The position numbers and the translations under genes were made by a program. DNA of 63,983 nucleotides, filler included, from Octopus bimaculoides (Eukaryota), in assembly GCF_001194135.2 (NCBI RefSeq). It is 6 parts of 6 records of this genome, joined end to end, with 100 filler letters (N's around TTAATTAATTAA, not from the genome) between each part and the next. Parts side by side here need not be neighbours in the genome. Positions count along the whole stretch, not along the records: positions 1 to 16,225 come from NC_069005.1; positions 16,326 to 41,516 come from NC_068990.1; 4 more parts are not named here. One strand, written 5' to 3'. Below are positions 11,861-23,451 of the stretch, one piece after another; positions within the stretch are counted from its first letter, which is position 1; each line of letters starts with the position of its first letter. Under the pieces are notes generated by a model, which did not search any database, was not told the DNA's origin, and saw only the letters and a list, made by a program, of their open reading frames with translations.

Positions 11861-12526
11861 AAGCACTGTGAGTAAAATATGGTAGATGGAAACTTTGGGG
11901 AAGCTTGTTAGGAGTGGGTAAATCTTCTTGCTCTTAATTTGTCACCAAGTTTAACACCATACTATGGCCTTTGGTTGTCTTTAACAGAGCCTATTCTGCC
12001 ATAGGAATATTTCTTTGTGGGTTTCTTGTCTGAAGAGAATTTCCCCCTTTCCTCTCACTGAAACCCCTAAAAAAGGGTTAAAGGCACAACCTTTACTCTT
12101 TAGAATAAGGCATAAACAAATTATAAAAGAATGCAATAAGTCACTTGAAATGAATTCTGAAAATTCTATAATAAATTTAATATGCATAATTATTGCAAGT
12201 TAATTGATTTGATGAAGTTAATTTGGAAAAGATTTCAATGATGATCTTAGTGCAATTACGAAATTGATTAAAAATACTCCTCTTCACAATTCTTATGACA
12301 TTACAGACTGAAAGTTACTTTTTAATATTAAACAGAATAAAATGTTTCCTGATGAGGACTGTGGATCAGCAAAAGCTAAATACACTCACAATGATTTCCA
12401 CAGATAAAAACAGTCATTCAAACAGTGAAGGACAAAGTTATTGACCTTTTCACCCAAAACAAGAATGAATTTATTTAAAAAAATTTTATTATTATTTTTA
12501 TCATACTTTTAAGATTTGTTATATCC

Positions 12527-12912
12527 TTTATCTTTTACTTGTTTCAGTCATTGGACAGAGACCATGCCAAGGCACTGTCTTGAAGGGTTTCATTGAATAA
12601 ATTGGAGCCCTAATGCATGTTTCTTAAGTTTGGCACTTATTCTATCAGGCTCTTTTGCAGAACCTGCTAAATCATAGGGACATAAACAAACCAACACTGG
12701 CTGTCAAGCGTCAGCAGTTGGGTATACACACACACACATATATGTATACACACACATATACAATGGGCTTCTTTCAGTTTCCATCTATCAAATCCACTTA
12801 CAAGGTTTTGGTTGGCCTGTGGCTATAGTATAGTAGACACTTGCTCAAGGTGCTGTGCAGTGGAACTGAACCTGGATGCATGTGGTTAGGAAGCAACCTT
12901 CATACCACATAG
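12527..12912 (-). mobile_element. tRNA-derived SINE (family A, internal CA/TA microsatellite), diverged
   Basis: Same head, body and tail blocks as 12921-13302 and 18412-18924. Confidence 0.75.
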
Positions 12913-12920
12913 AATATTTT

Positions 12921-13302
12921 ATTTTACTTGTTTCAGTCTTTTGACTGTGGCCATGCTGGAGCACCGCCTTTAGTCGAGCAAATCGACCCCAGGACTTATT
13001 CTTTGGAAGCCTAGTACTTATTCTATCGGTCTCTTTTGCCGAACCGCTAAGTTACGGGGATATAAACACACCAGCATCAGTTGTCAAGCGATGTTGGGGG
13101 GACAAACACAGACACACACATATATATATACATATACATATATACGACGGGCTTCTTTCAGTTTCCATCTACCAAATCCACTCACAAGGCTTTGGTGGGC
13201 CCGAGGCTATAGTAGAAGACACTTGCCCAAGATGCCACGCAGTGGGACTGAACCCGGGACCATGTGGTTGGTAAGGAAGCTACTTACCACACAGCCACTC
13301 CT
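12921..13302 (-). mobile_element. tRNA-derived SINE (family A), full length
   Basis: Reverse complement reads AGGAGTGGCTGTGTGGTAAG...GGGTTCAGTCCCACTGCGTGG, internal (TA/CA)n, tail ...GACTGAAACAAGTAAAA. Confidence 0.88.
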
Positions 13303-13580
13303 ATGCAATTCTTAAACATTTTCTGAAGTAGCACCCATAAGAATTGAAGCCATGCCCTGCCATTTGGTCTCTTTTATTAATTAATTCCAACTGAATTTCT
13401 TTTTGTTATTGTTATTGTTTTTATTTTTACTTATCTTTCTTCTCTATAATGCTTATTCTTTCTGACAAAACTATATTGCGGGAAAGCTTTGCAAATATTT
13501 TCAAAATTATTTATTTACTGAATGGAAATATGTTTATTGTGTTCTGATATATCAAAACTTTTAGAGAACATAATTAGTAA

Positions 13581-13694
13581 ACGATTTAAATAACCAGTAA
13601 TTGATTTAAATAATCAGTAATTGATTTAAATAATCAGTAACTGATTTAAATAATCAGTGATTGATTTAAATAATCAGTAATTGATTTAAATAAT
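13581..13694. repeat. 20-bp minisatellite (TTGATTTAAATAATCAGTAA) x ~5.7
   Basis: Five full units plus a partial unit read directly. Confidence 0.95.
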
Positions 13695-13851
13695 ATCTAT
13701 GAGTTAAAATGTAAAACAACACTTTAATTAATTAACTGGAAGAAATATAGGTATCTAAAAAAAGATACTAAGAGTTTCAGAATAAAACCAGATAATTTCA
13801 TATTTGACGTTTGTAAAATCGAATTTGTTTTAGTTTCAATTTCATTTCAGC

Positions 13852-14106
13852 TTGATTAGCATGTCTCATGGATGCCCTGCTGTTCCTCATTCTATTGTGA
13901 ATCTCAACAAAATACTTAAAGATCAGCAGATACTTATCAAAAGGCAAACAGTTATGACACTGGCTTCATCTTTGTTAGATTCAGCGACTTGTCTTGCTTG
14001 GTGGGCCCACTATGGATTGTTGAGGAATTCCCACATGTGTCCAGGGCAAAACTCTATTCAAACTAAGTCTACCATTTTCCCCACAACTCTTACTTGCTGT
14101 TCATAG
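13852..14106 (+). pseudogene. Possible Merlin/ISXO2-like transposase N-terminal remnant
   Basis: Peptide ...TCLAWWAHYGLLRNSHMCP... resembles the N-terminal W-x4-GLL-x-N-x3-C motif I associate with eukaryotic Merlin transposases; no catalytic core visible. Confidence 0.3.
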
Positions 14107-14261
14107 TGTGTACCACTTATGATTTTATGAAATGTTTAATTGCAATAAACTTTTTGGATCACTATGATTTTACAAACATCAAATAGGAAATTACCTTAAA
14201 CCAAACTGAAATTGTAAAATATCTCTCAGTATAAAGTTATAAAAAGATTTAAAGTATATTA

Positions 14262-14487
14262 AATAAGAAGTTTAGAATGGTACAACGATGCACTATAGAA
14301 CAAAAAATGGACTATATACCTGTTGTAGTTTGGTTATCTATAGTCCGATGATATTTCGGAATTACAATTCCTTCTTCAGATCTTCAATTCCGAAATATCA
14401 TCGGACTATAGATAACCAAATTACAACAGGTATATAGTCCATTTTTTGTTCTATAGTGCATTGTTGTACCATTCAAAACTTTTTATT
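14262..14487. repeat. 102-bp inverted repeats (4 mismatches) with a 22-nt spacer; Penelope-like inverted pseudo-LTR
   Basis: Arms 14262-14363 and 14386-14487; hammerhead motif at the centre on the minus strand. Confidence 0.92.
14347..14382 (-). ncRNA. Minimal type I hammerhead ribozyme
   Basis: GAT-CTGAAGA-A-GGAATT-GT-AATTCC-GAAA-T-A-TC-ATC: intact core, 6-bp stem II, palindromic ATAT stem III, AUC cleavage triplet, 3-bp stem I. Confidence 0.75.
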
Positions 14488-15781
14488 CTTTACAAACAAT
14501 ACACAATGCTTCAAGCGAACTACAATACTCTCCTATATTAAATAAGCTTTTTGACTTAGTTCTGAATAATTAAATCGTTTTGTTTGGTGGTTGCAATCTC
14601 GTTCTGTTTTCTTCTTTGTAAGTTTTAATTTCTTACTCATTTGTCATTCAGTCTGATAGAAAGGATATTAGATGGAAAAAATATTTTTTCCCTTCCTTTA
14701 TAAGTTTTCTTCATGATATAAGGAAGGCACAATTTTCACAGTTAAAGAAACAGTATTCACATTAACCCCTAGTTGCTCCAGATTAAACCATTTCATGATG
14801 ACAAGCATCAGCTTCCTAGAAAAGAGAAAACCAAAAATTATTAATCAATAACCCCACGATTGAGAAACTTTATTACATTAATATGATAAATTACTTCCCT
14901 TTGCTCAACAATTTCAAAGGTTTTTTTTAGACAGTTTATGAATTTAAATCAAGTGAGGTGTTTCAACTTTTCTACTTAAGATAAATGGTTTGTGATTTCA
15001 TCCAACATTGCAAAATATTAAGAAATTTTTTACCATTTTTATTTTTTATTTGTTCTAGTGTTGTTTATTCATTTATTTATTTAGTTTGTTGCTTGTTAGA
15101 TATTTTTAAGAGAATTTCAAACTTTGGGATTAAACGACAACTTGTAATGAGTGAAGCCTGAATGAAATACATCAAAAGTCAAATGATATCCAACCAACTA
15201 TTTCGATTTTGAATATGACTGGGTCAGCAGAGGAAGTGCAGCATCCATAACTCTATTTTAAAGACCTCTGAGATTGATGGGAGGAAGAGAAGAAGTTATC
15301 CTTAACTTAGACACTTGGCACAGCTACTTATAATGTTGCAGACTCAGTTATAGACACCCGAGAGTCAGGTGGTGACATTAAATTTGGTGAGTTATTAAGT
15401 CTTTGACTCAAGAACAGGAACAGTCTCTCCAACTGTCTTCCATTGTTTCTATCTACTGAATTTGGTCAATTTGGGGATACACTCGCCCAAGTTGCAAACA
15501 GACTGAACCCAAACCATGTAGTTGCAAAGCGAACTTCTAATTAACACATACTTGCACCTAGTGATAGAAGCAATGGCAATTTTGTAGTTATTTTTGTTAT
15601 TACTATTGTTGTTGTGAAGTACTGGCAGTTATGTTCTGAGGAATGGAGGTGGGTGACAGATCAAATACCAAATCTAAATAAATATAAAATGTCCAGCACT
15701 TTGTTTGGGTTAGGTTCTAAGATTTGATCATCTGTGTTCTAGGTGTGACATATTGTATTTACTGTGAGGTATTGTGTACCA

Positions 15782-16104
15782 GTGGAGGCGCAATGGCCCA
15801 GTGGTTAGGGCAGCAGACTCGCAGTCATAGGATCGCGGTTTCGATTCCCAGACCGGACGTTGTGAGTGTTAATTGAGCGAAAACACCTAAAGCTCCACGA
15901 GGTTCTGGCAGGTGGTGGTGGCGAACCCTGCTGTACTCTTCCACCACAACTTTCTCTCACTCTCACTTCCTGTTTCTGTTATGCCTGTAATTCAAAGGGT
16001 CAGCCTTGTCACACTGTGTCACGCTGAATATCCCCGAGAACTACGTTAAGGGTACACGTGTCTGTGGAGTGCTCAGCCACTTGCACGTTAATTTCACGAG
16101 CAGG
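15782..16104 (+). mobile_element. tRNA-derived SINE (family B), 3'-truncated
   Basis: Colinear and highly similar to 9043-9365. Confidence 0.85.
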
Positions 16105-16589
16105 CCAACATACTGAAATGATTAAAATTAATATTAATCATTATGTTAATGTCCGTTTCTCACTGATAATTATTTTTAATTAGATTTTTTTCTGCATATT
16201 ACATTAAGTATGTTAATGCTTAGCTNNNNNNNNNNNNNNNNNNNNNNNNNNNNNNNNNNNNNNNNNNNNTTAATTAATTAANNNNNNNNNNNNNNNNNNN
16301 NNNNNNNNNNNNNNNNNNNNNNNNNATATATATATATATATATATATACATATATATATTCAAAAACATGTAACCTTTGCCTGGCAGAGACATTAGAAAT
16401 AATATTATGCAATGATATCATCAACAAGCACTCTGAAATTATTTTAACCTGTAACCATGATTCACTTCTGGAATTTACAAAGAATATGTGATACTTAGTG
16501 TTACATCAATCCTTTATTTACTCAAAAATATACATATATATAAACACACAGACATACACACACCCACACACATATTATCTGCAGTCAGT

Positions 16590-16900
16590 CATTGCAACTA
16601 CGACTGTTTCTGGCTTTGGCATGACTAGATAAGCCTTCTCCATACTGGTCAGTTTTTCGCTTGAGTTTCCTAATTATTATGACCAATTCCTTTTCATTCC
16701 ATATTCCTTTTTGTAGTATCATTGAATCTCAGTCTAGGTCTTCTATGTTTTCTTTTTCCCGTGCATAGTTAGAAGTAAAGGATTTGTCTGGGGAGTCTGT
16801 TGATGTCCATCTTGTGTACGTAACCCTAACCAACACAAATTTCTATCATTGAGGGATTATATCATAGGAGGTAGATCAGCACAACATCTCTTTATTCCTG
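16590..16900 (-). pseudogene. RTE-clade LINE ORF C-terminal fragment, decayed
   Basis: WLG.YVHKMDINRLPRQILYF*LCTGKRKHRRPRLRFNDTTKRNM, with a frameshift and stops. Confidence 0.7.
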
Positions 16901-17009
16901 ATCATGCAAAAGAGAGTAATATTCATAATTCATCGTAGCTGTTTCATCAAATATACATGTAACTTGTCATAGCTGTTTCATCATATATGCATGTAACTTG
17001 TCTACTTGA

Positions 17010-17084
<75 letters not shown>

Positions 17085-17213
17085 CTGTGTGTCTGTGTGT
17101 GTGTGCAACAAACTGCTTTTAGTTTCCAACTATGAATTCCACACACAAAGCTTTGAGGCTTTGATTACTCTTGAACTATAAGAGAAGTCCTGCCTGCAAC
17201 TTAAGGTAGAGAG

Positions 17214-17545
17214 TAAAGACCCCCTTCAGTCATGAATGACCATGGGATTGCACCGAGAAAGTTCCCCACTGAGGCACAAGTCCGGGCAAGGTTGTTTATG
17301 GAAGACTGGCTGTCACCCCTACATACCAGCCTCTCCTCTTCACACTACCAATGTTATCCAAAGAAAGGGCAAAAGCTGATACAGCTTGGCACCAGTGATG
17401 CAGCAACTTATTTCCACAGGTGAGTAAACTGGAGCAACATAAAATGAAGTGTCTTGCTCAGGAACATAACACATAGCCAGTCCAGAAATCGAATTCACTA
17501 CCTCATAACTGAGCTCAACACTCTAACCACTGAGCCATGGGTCTT
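17214..17545 (-). mobile_element. tRNA-derived SINE (family D)
   Basis: Reverse-complement counterpart of 1406-1741. Confidence 0.8.
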
Positions 17546-17782
17546 ATATAAATTAGTCAACCATGGTGAGGAACCAGTAAAAATAGTTCCTCTTTCGGCC
17601 ATAAAATAGTTAGTGAGAAGTGATGGTATGAAAGGAGTTTTTAGCCATTGAGAAACATTAAAATTACTTTTTCTAAATGGTATCTTCTGGCTGTGACAAG
17701 TATTATTCAAAGGAATTACATGACATGTAATCAGCGCAAGATATGAACTTTATTTATAAAACATCTATATAAGGCTTGAGTT

Positions 17783-17965
17783 AACCCTTTAGCATTCAGA
17801 TTATTCAGATTGGTTTGAATGGATCATGCATTACCTTGTAGCTTCAAGATTTCAATGATGTGATTGTTTTTTTACTTTTTTTTAGAATGACTTTGTTGGA
17901 TAGGCGGGAGGGGCCAAATCTGGCTGGCTTGAATATAAAACAGGTAGAATATTTGGGCCAGATGG
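17783..17965 (+). mobile_element. MITE with piggyBac-like left end, right end lost
   Basis: Begins TTAACCCTTTAGCATTCAGATT; same internal blocks as 438-600 and 11639-11860. Confidence 0.65.
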
Positions 17966-18242
17966 GAATTTAGAAAAAGTTAATTAGTTTTACACAAAAA
18001 GTAATTGTGGATTACAGTAATATCTCAAATTGATTATGTTGTCTTACATTGTTTACACTTACAAGAATTTCATATTTTCAATATTTGAATCCTGAAATGA
18101 ATTTAGATATTAAATCACAGTTCTTTCCACACTTAAGATAAAAGTTTTCTAACTTTATGACCAGTAAAATTTCATGAAGATAAATTTCCCAAGTAAATGC
18201 TATAAGCAAAAACCAGGTCTAAGTGTTTTGAGATGGACATAC

Positions 18243-18378
18243 TCTTTACTCTTTTACTCTTTTACTTGTTTCAGTCATTTCACTGTGGCCATGCTGGAGC
18301 ACCACCTTTAGTCGAGCAAATCGACCCCAGGACTTATTCTTTGTAAGCCTAGTACTTATTCTATGGGTATTTTTTGCC
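18243..18378 (-). mobile_element. SINE family A 3' tail fragment
   Basis: Reverse complement of the tail at ~18800-18924. Confidence 0.8.
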
Positions 18379-18411
18379 CTTAATGAGGCCAACCTAAAGT
18401 ATGATAGCTGC

Positions 18412-18924
18412 AGGAGTGGCTGTGTGGTAAGTAGCTTGCTTACCAACCACATGGTTCTGGGTTCAGTCCCACTGCGTGTCACCTTGCGCAAGTATCTTCT
18501 ACTATAGCCTCGGGCCGACCAAAGCCTTGTGAGTGGATTTGGGAGACGGAAACTGAAAGAAGCCCGTCGTATATATGTATATATANNNNNNNNNNNNNNN
18601 NNNNNNNNNNNNNNNNNNNNNNNNNNNNNNNNNNNNNNNNNNNNNNNNNNNNNNNNNNNNNNNNNNNNNNNNNNNNNNNNNTATATATATATATATGTAT
18701 GTATGTGTGTGTATATGTTTGTGTGTCTGTGTTTGTCCCCCCAACTTTGCTTGACAACCGATGCTGGTGTGTTTACATCCCCGTAACTTAGTGGTTCAGC
18801 AAAAAGAGACCGATAGAATAAGTACTAGACTTACAAAGAACAAGTCCTGGGGGTCGATTTGCTCTACTAAAGGCGGTGCCCCAGCATGGCCACAGTCAAA
18901 TGACTGAAACAAGTAAAAGAGAGT
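18412..18924 (+). mobile_element. SINE family A, full length, assembly gap inside the internal (TA)n
   Basis: Head AGGAGTGGCTGTGTGGTAAG, tail GACTGAAACAAGTAAAAGAGAG. Confidence 0.88.
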
Positions 18925-19231
18925 AACCTACAAGACTGAGAAGAAAATTATTCAAGAGGAGGAAGAAGTTCATGATGCATTCAAATTTTCATAAGGTTAA
19001 AGAATCTTGTTGAATAGCATATCAAAATATCAGCTAAATACATTAGAACCAGTTAAGAAGTTTACTTCCCAACTACAGGGTTTTAGTTCAGTCCTACTGC
19101 ATGGCACCTGCATGGTAAGAGTCTTCTGATATAGCTCCAGGCCAACTGAAGCCATGTGAGTGGATTTCATAGATGGAAACTAAACAAAGGTCATTATGTA
19201 TATGTGAATGTGTGTCTGTGTGTGTGTGTGT

Positions 19232-19269
<38 letters not shown>

Positions 19270-20148
19270 GAGGTTGTGTCACTTTGTATTGTCATCATGT
19301 GTAGTTGTAAATTGATATAATCATTGTCATACAAGCAGTGTCATGCATTTCTAATATTCTCCAAAGACATGTCTGTTCATGGAAAATGTTACCTTGCTTG
19401 AAAACAGGTGAGTGTTGGCAATAGGAAGGGCATCTTGGCATAGAAAATTTGCCTCAAAATAAATTCCATCTTTCATTTGCCATACACACACACACACATA
19501 TATANNNNNNNNNNNNNNNNNNNNNNNNNNNNNNNNNNNNNNNNNNNNNNNNNNNNNNNNNNNNNNNNNNNNNNNNNNNNNNNNNNNNNNNNNNNNNNNN
19601 NNNNNNNNNNNNNNNNNNNNNNNNNNNNNNNNNNNNNNNNNNNNNNNNNNNNNNNNNNNNNNNNNNNNNNNNNNNNNNNNNNNNNNNNNNNNNNNNNNNN
19701 NNNNNNNNNNNNNNNNNNNNNNNNNNNNNNNNNNNNNNNNNNNNNNNNNNNNNNNNNNNNNNNNNNNNNNNNNNNNNNNNNNNNNNNNNNNNNNNNNNNN
19801 NNNNNNNNNNNNNNNNNNNNNNNNNNNNNNNNNNNNNNNNNNNNNNNNNNNNNNNNNNNNNNNNNNNNNNNNNNNNNNNNNNNNNNNNNNNNNNNNNNNN
19901 NNNNNNNNNNNNNNNNNNNNNNNNNNNNNNNNNNNNNNNNNNNNNNNNNNNNNNNNNNNNNNNNNNNNNNNNNNNNNNNNNNNNNNNNNNNNNNNNNNNN
20001 NNNNNNNNNNNNNNNNNNNNNNNNNNNNNNNNNNNNNNNNNNNNNNNNNNNNNNNNNNNNNNNNNNNNNNNNNNNNNNNNNNNNNNNNNNNNNNNNNNNN
20101 NNNNNNNNNNNNNNNNNNNNNNNNNNNNNNNNNNNNNNNNNNNNNNNN

Positions 20149-20189
<41 letters not shown>

Positions 20190-20220
20190 CACACACACAC
20201 ACACGCACACACACACACAT

Positions 20221-20367
20221 ACGATTGGCTTCTTTCAGTTTCTAAAGCTTTGGTTGACCCGAGGCTATAGTAGAAGACACTTGCCGAAGGTGCCACGCAG
20301 TGACACTGAACCCAGGACCATGTGGTTAGGAAGCAACCATCTTACCACACAGTTATGTCTGTGCCTA
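20221..20367 (-). mobile_element. SINE family A head fragment
   Basis: Matches 13145-13302. Confidence 0.75.
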
Positions 20368-21004
20368 TGATCTGTAAAAAGTTTGTGAATGCTACCTTAC
20401 ATTCTATAATTAATGCCTGCCTGAAGCTAACTGGCTCATAACATCAGAATTTATCTGGATTTTCAAGGTATTTAGACAAGAGAACACCACTGAACGCCAC
20501 TGCCCCACCATTGAATGAGATGCTAGTCTCTCACAAGGCTGACACTCAGCTACTGCTGATAGACATTTCTAGCAGAATAGACAGGGACGATATGAAGTGA
20601 AGTACCTTGCACGAGGACACAGTACACTGCTCAATCTAAAAACTCCTTAACTACTAAACCTCATGCATTACCATTCCCCTAGCTAAGTAGTAAGGAAAAG
20701 AAAACGGACTGTGTAGCAGCAAGCTTTTAGTACTAAGTTCCATCCATCTGCCTTCTAAATCTAAATCGCAACAAGGACAACTTTGTCTTTTATTCCTCGA
20801 GTTTTGGTAAAACTGGGTACCAGAAATGTACTCAAGATGAGGAAGCCAAAGCTAATTCAAATGGTCATACCCCTCCCCTTCTTCACAAGACAAATTTCTA
20901 GTCTTGCACCAATGTTGAGAAATCAATATCTTTGTAGACATTTAGACAATATATTTATAGGAGGAATCAATAGTTTATTTCATCATCATCATCTTCATCC
21001 TCAC

Positions 21005-21043
<39 letters not shown>

Positions 21044-22114
21044 AAACAACAACAACATCATCATTTTTATATTTGCTTTTCCATGCTGGCATGAGTTGGA
21101 TGTGACTTTTTAGGGCAAAGATTTTTTTGCAGCCAGATGCCCTTTTTTTTATATCAACCTTTTCATTTGTGTCTTGCAGCATGCATGAATCACATGTACC
21201 TATCATAAAACTCAAGACTCATCCTGGCAATTACAGCTAAACCAGAGAGGCTAGATCCAAGGATGTTAAAAGTCAGTGACACAGTTTTATATTTCCAAAA
21301 TTCCTTTCACTTGACTTGGCTTCACATCATTTCATTTCATTTCACTTGAATAACCAAATCTCTTGAGGAAGTCATAGACATGATACATTTTCAGGGCTTC
21401 TTTCCTCTGTAATTCATCATCGCATACTTAACTACAACATTAATAATTTTTCTTTATCACACTGAATTGTAAAAATCTACTCAACTCTTTGGCATTATTA
21501 TAACCAGTCATGTCTACTAATAGTTTATTAATTATATTTGCTTGATGAAGAGAGCAAAAGCTGGAAATAATGATATTCATGTATTTCTCTACACTGACTT
21601 AAGATTTTTTCCCCTTTTTTTTATGGTTTAATCAAGAAATGGTTGTGCTAATGGCCTTCACAGATCATGTGAGACAAGTGAAATTGATGTGATCAATATT
21701 CTTCTTGAAATACCAGAAGTTGCAGACTAATGTATCATCATATAAGAAGAGCTTAAGAAGTATTTTGACTAGATTACTAATCCCTTATTCCACTTTGTTT
21801 TGATATATAAATATATATGTATATATANNNNNNNNNNNNNNNNNNNNNNNNNNNNNNNNNNNNNNNNNNNNNNNNNNNNNNNNNNNNNNNNNNNNNNNNN
21901 NNNNNNNNNNNNNNNNNNNNNNNNNNNNNNNNNNNNNNNNNNNNNNNNNNNNNNNNNNNNNNNNNNNNNNNNNNNNNNNNNNNNNNNNNNNNNNNNNNNA
22001 TATATATATACCATGTGGACAGTGCCTGATGATTGTGCTAGGACATACTGTCTGGCCTGTTCTCAGCACATGAAACTAATAGTAACACAAAAAACATATT
22101 GTGTTTATTAAATA

Positions 22115-22157
<43 letters not shown>

Positions 22158-22196
22158 TGTATGTATGTATGTATGTATGTATGTATGTATGTGGAC

Positions 22197-22239
22197 GCCT
22201 CTGATGAAAACACAATAAGGTTTGAAAATCGATTAAGGT
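22197..22239 (+). ncRNA. Minimal type I hammerhead ribozyme
   Basis: GCCT-CTGATGA-AAAC-ACAATAAG-GTTT-GAAA-ATCGAT-TA-AGGT: intact core, 4-bp stem II, palindromic AATCGATT stem III, UUA triplet, stem I CCT/AGG plus a G-U pair. Confidence 0.65.
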
Positions 22240-22315
22240 TGTTCATAATTTTTTTCAGTCTGCAGAGAAATGGCTAAAATTTGCCCTGTTTATAATTATA
22301 CTATATATTACATAT

Positions 22316-23451
22316 TGATACGGACCACTGAAATACAAATTAATGTTATATCCCTATTCCCTGAGCTGGGTTTGAAACCGTATTCTGGTTGTTGAGGACA
22401 ATGGTATTTCCTTTGTCCTGTGAACAAGTACAGATATTTTTAACATAGGAGTGATCGCTGACCCTTTCCGGTCAGCGAAAGTTCAGAAAAACAAGATAGG
22501 AATTGTACTGAACTGACCCAGCTTTGGAGGGAGTAAGGTAGCACTATTGAGCTACGGTATTTGTGATAAATATGACAGCGGGATTTGGAGACGGAGGAAT
22601 TGGCACGAGCGGTCGGCCAGAGCAGTTGGCATCGAGGAGTTGGTGTACAGGAGTTGGTGCGNNNNNNNNNNNNNNNNNNNNNNNNNNNNNNNNNNNNNNN
22701 NNNNNNNNNNNNNNNNNNNNNNNNNNNNNNNNNNNNNNNNNNNNNNNNNNNNNNNNNNNNNNNNNNNNNNNNNNNNNNNNNNNNNNNNNNNNNNNNNNNN
22801 NNNNNNNNNNNNNNNNNNNNNNNNNNNNNNNNNNNNNNNNNNNNNNNNNNNNNNNNNNNNNNNNNNNNNNNNNNNNNNNNNTGGAACTGTTGTGGCAGCC
22901 AAGAGATTGTAGTAGTCAGTTGGTCACTTCTTGTGGATTATAGTGAGAGCTTTGAAAGAAAGAAAATTCTTGCGGTAAAGGTTTGTGTAAATATTCTTTA
23001 AAGAGAGAACTTTGTTACATGTTTTAAAAGAAAAAGAGATTTTGTTAACTGGTGGAAAAGAAAAGAAAAGAACTTTGATGGGACATGTTGTTAATGGAAA
23101 AGAAAAACAACGAAGTGAAAGAACTTTTAATTCGACTTGATATATGAACTCTTGATTGTAAACTTGTGATTATGCAATGTTCTGAAACCTTTGTTAAATG
23201 TTATTTGAATTGTTATGCAATGTTTTATTTTGATGATGTATTGATGATGTATTGTTTTGCTAAGAAAAAGTTAGTTCCACTACCCAACTTATGGTCTCCG
23301 TGTTATTTCTTCCTCCTTTTGCCTGTTGTCTTCGTTACGTGCTCCGGCTGGGCTTAGTCGTGGTGAACATCCTGACTCACTGAGCGTCAACGTTTGCGCG
23401 CACGTGAGTTTTCTCTTCGTCGAGGTGCTTCGCATGCGGGCGTTCGTAACA
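22316..23451. mobile_element. Probable solo LTR (Ty3/Gypsy-like)
   Basis: Termini TGATACGGAC...GTTCGTAACA (TG...CA, 8/10 inverted match); 4-bp TSD ATAT at 22312-22315 and 23452-23455; no ORF; internal gap. Confidence 0.55.

Noticed and set aside
15110-15390. Kinase-like peptides RISNFGIKRQL and YFDFEYDW between an acceptor and a GTGAGT donor
   Set aside because: Stops in all three frames and the motif resemblance is too short.
1406-15860. tRNA gene calls for SINE heads (1406, 9043, 15782)
   Set aside because: A/B boxes continue into shared SINE bodies and lack a complete acceptor stem.
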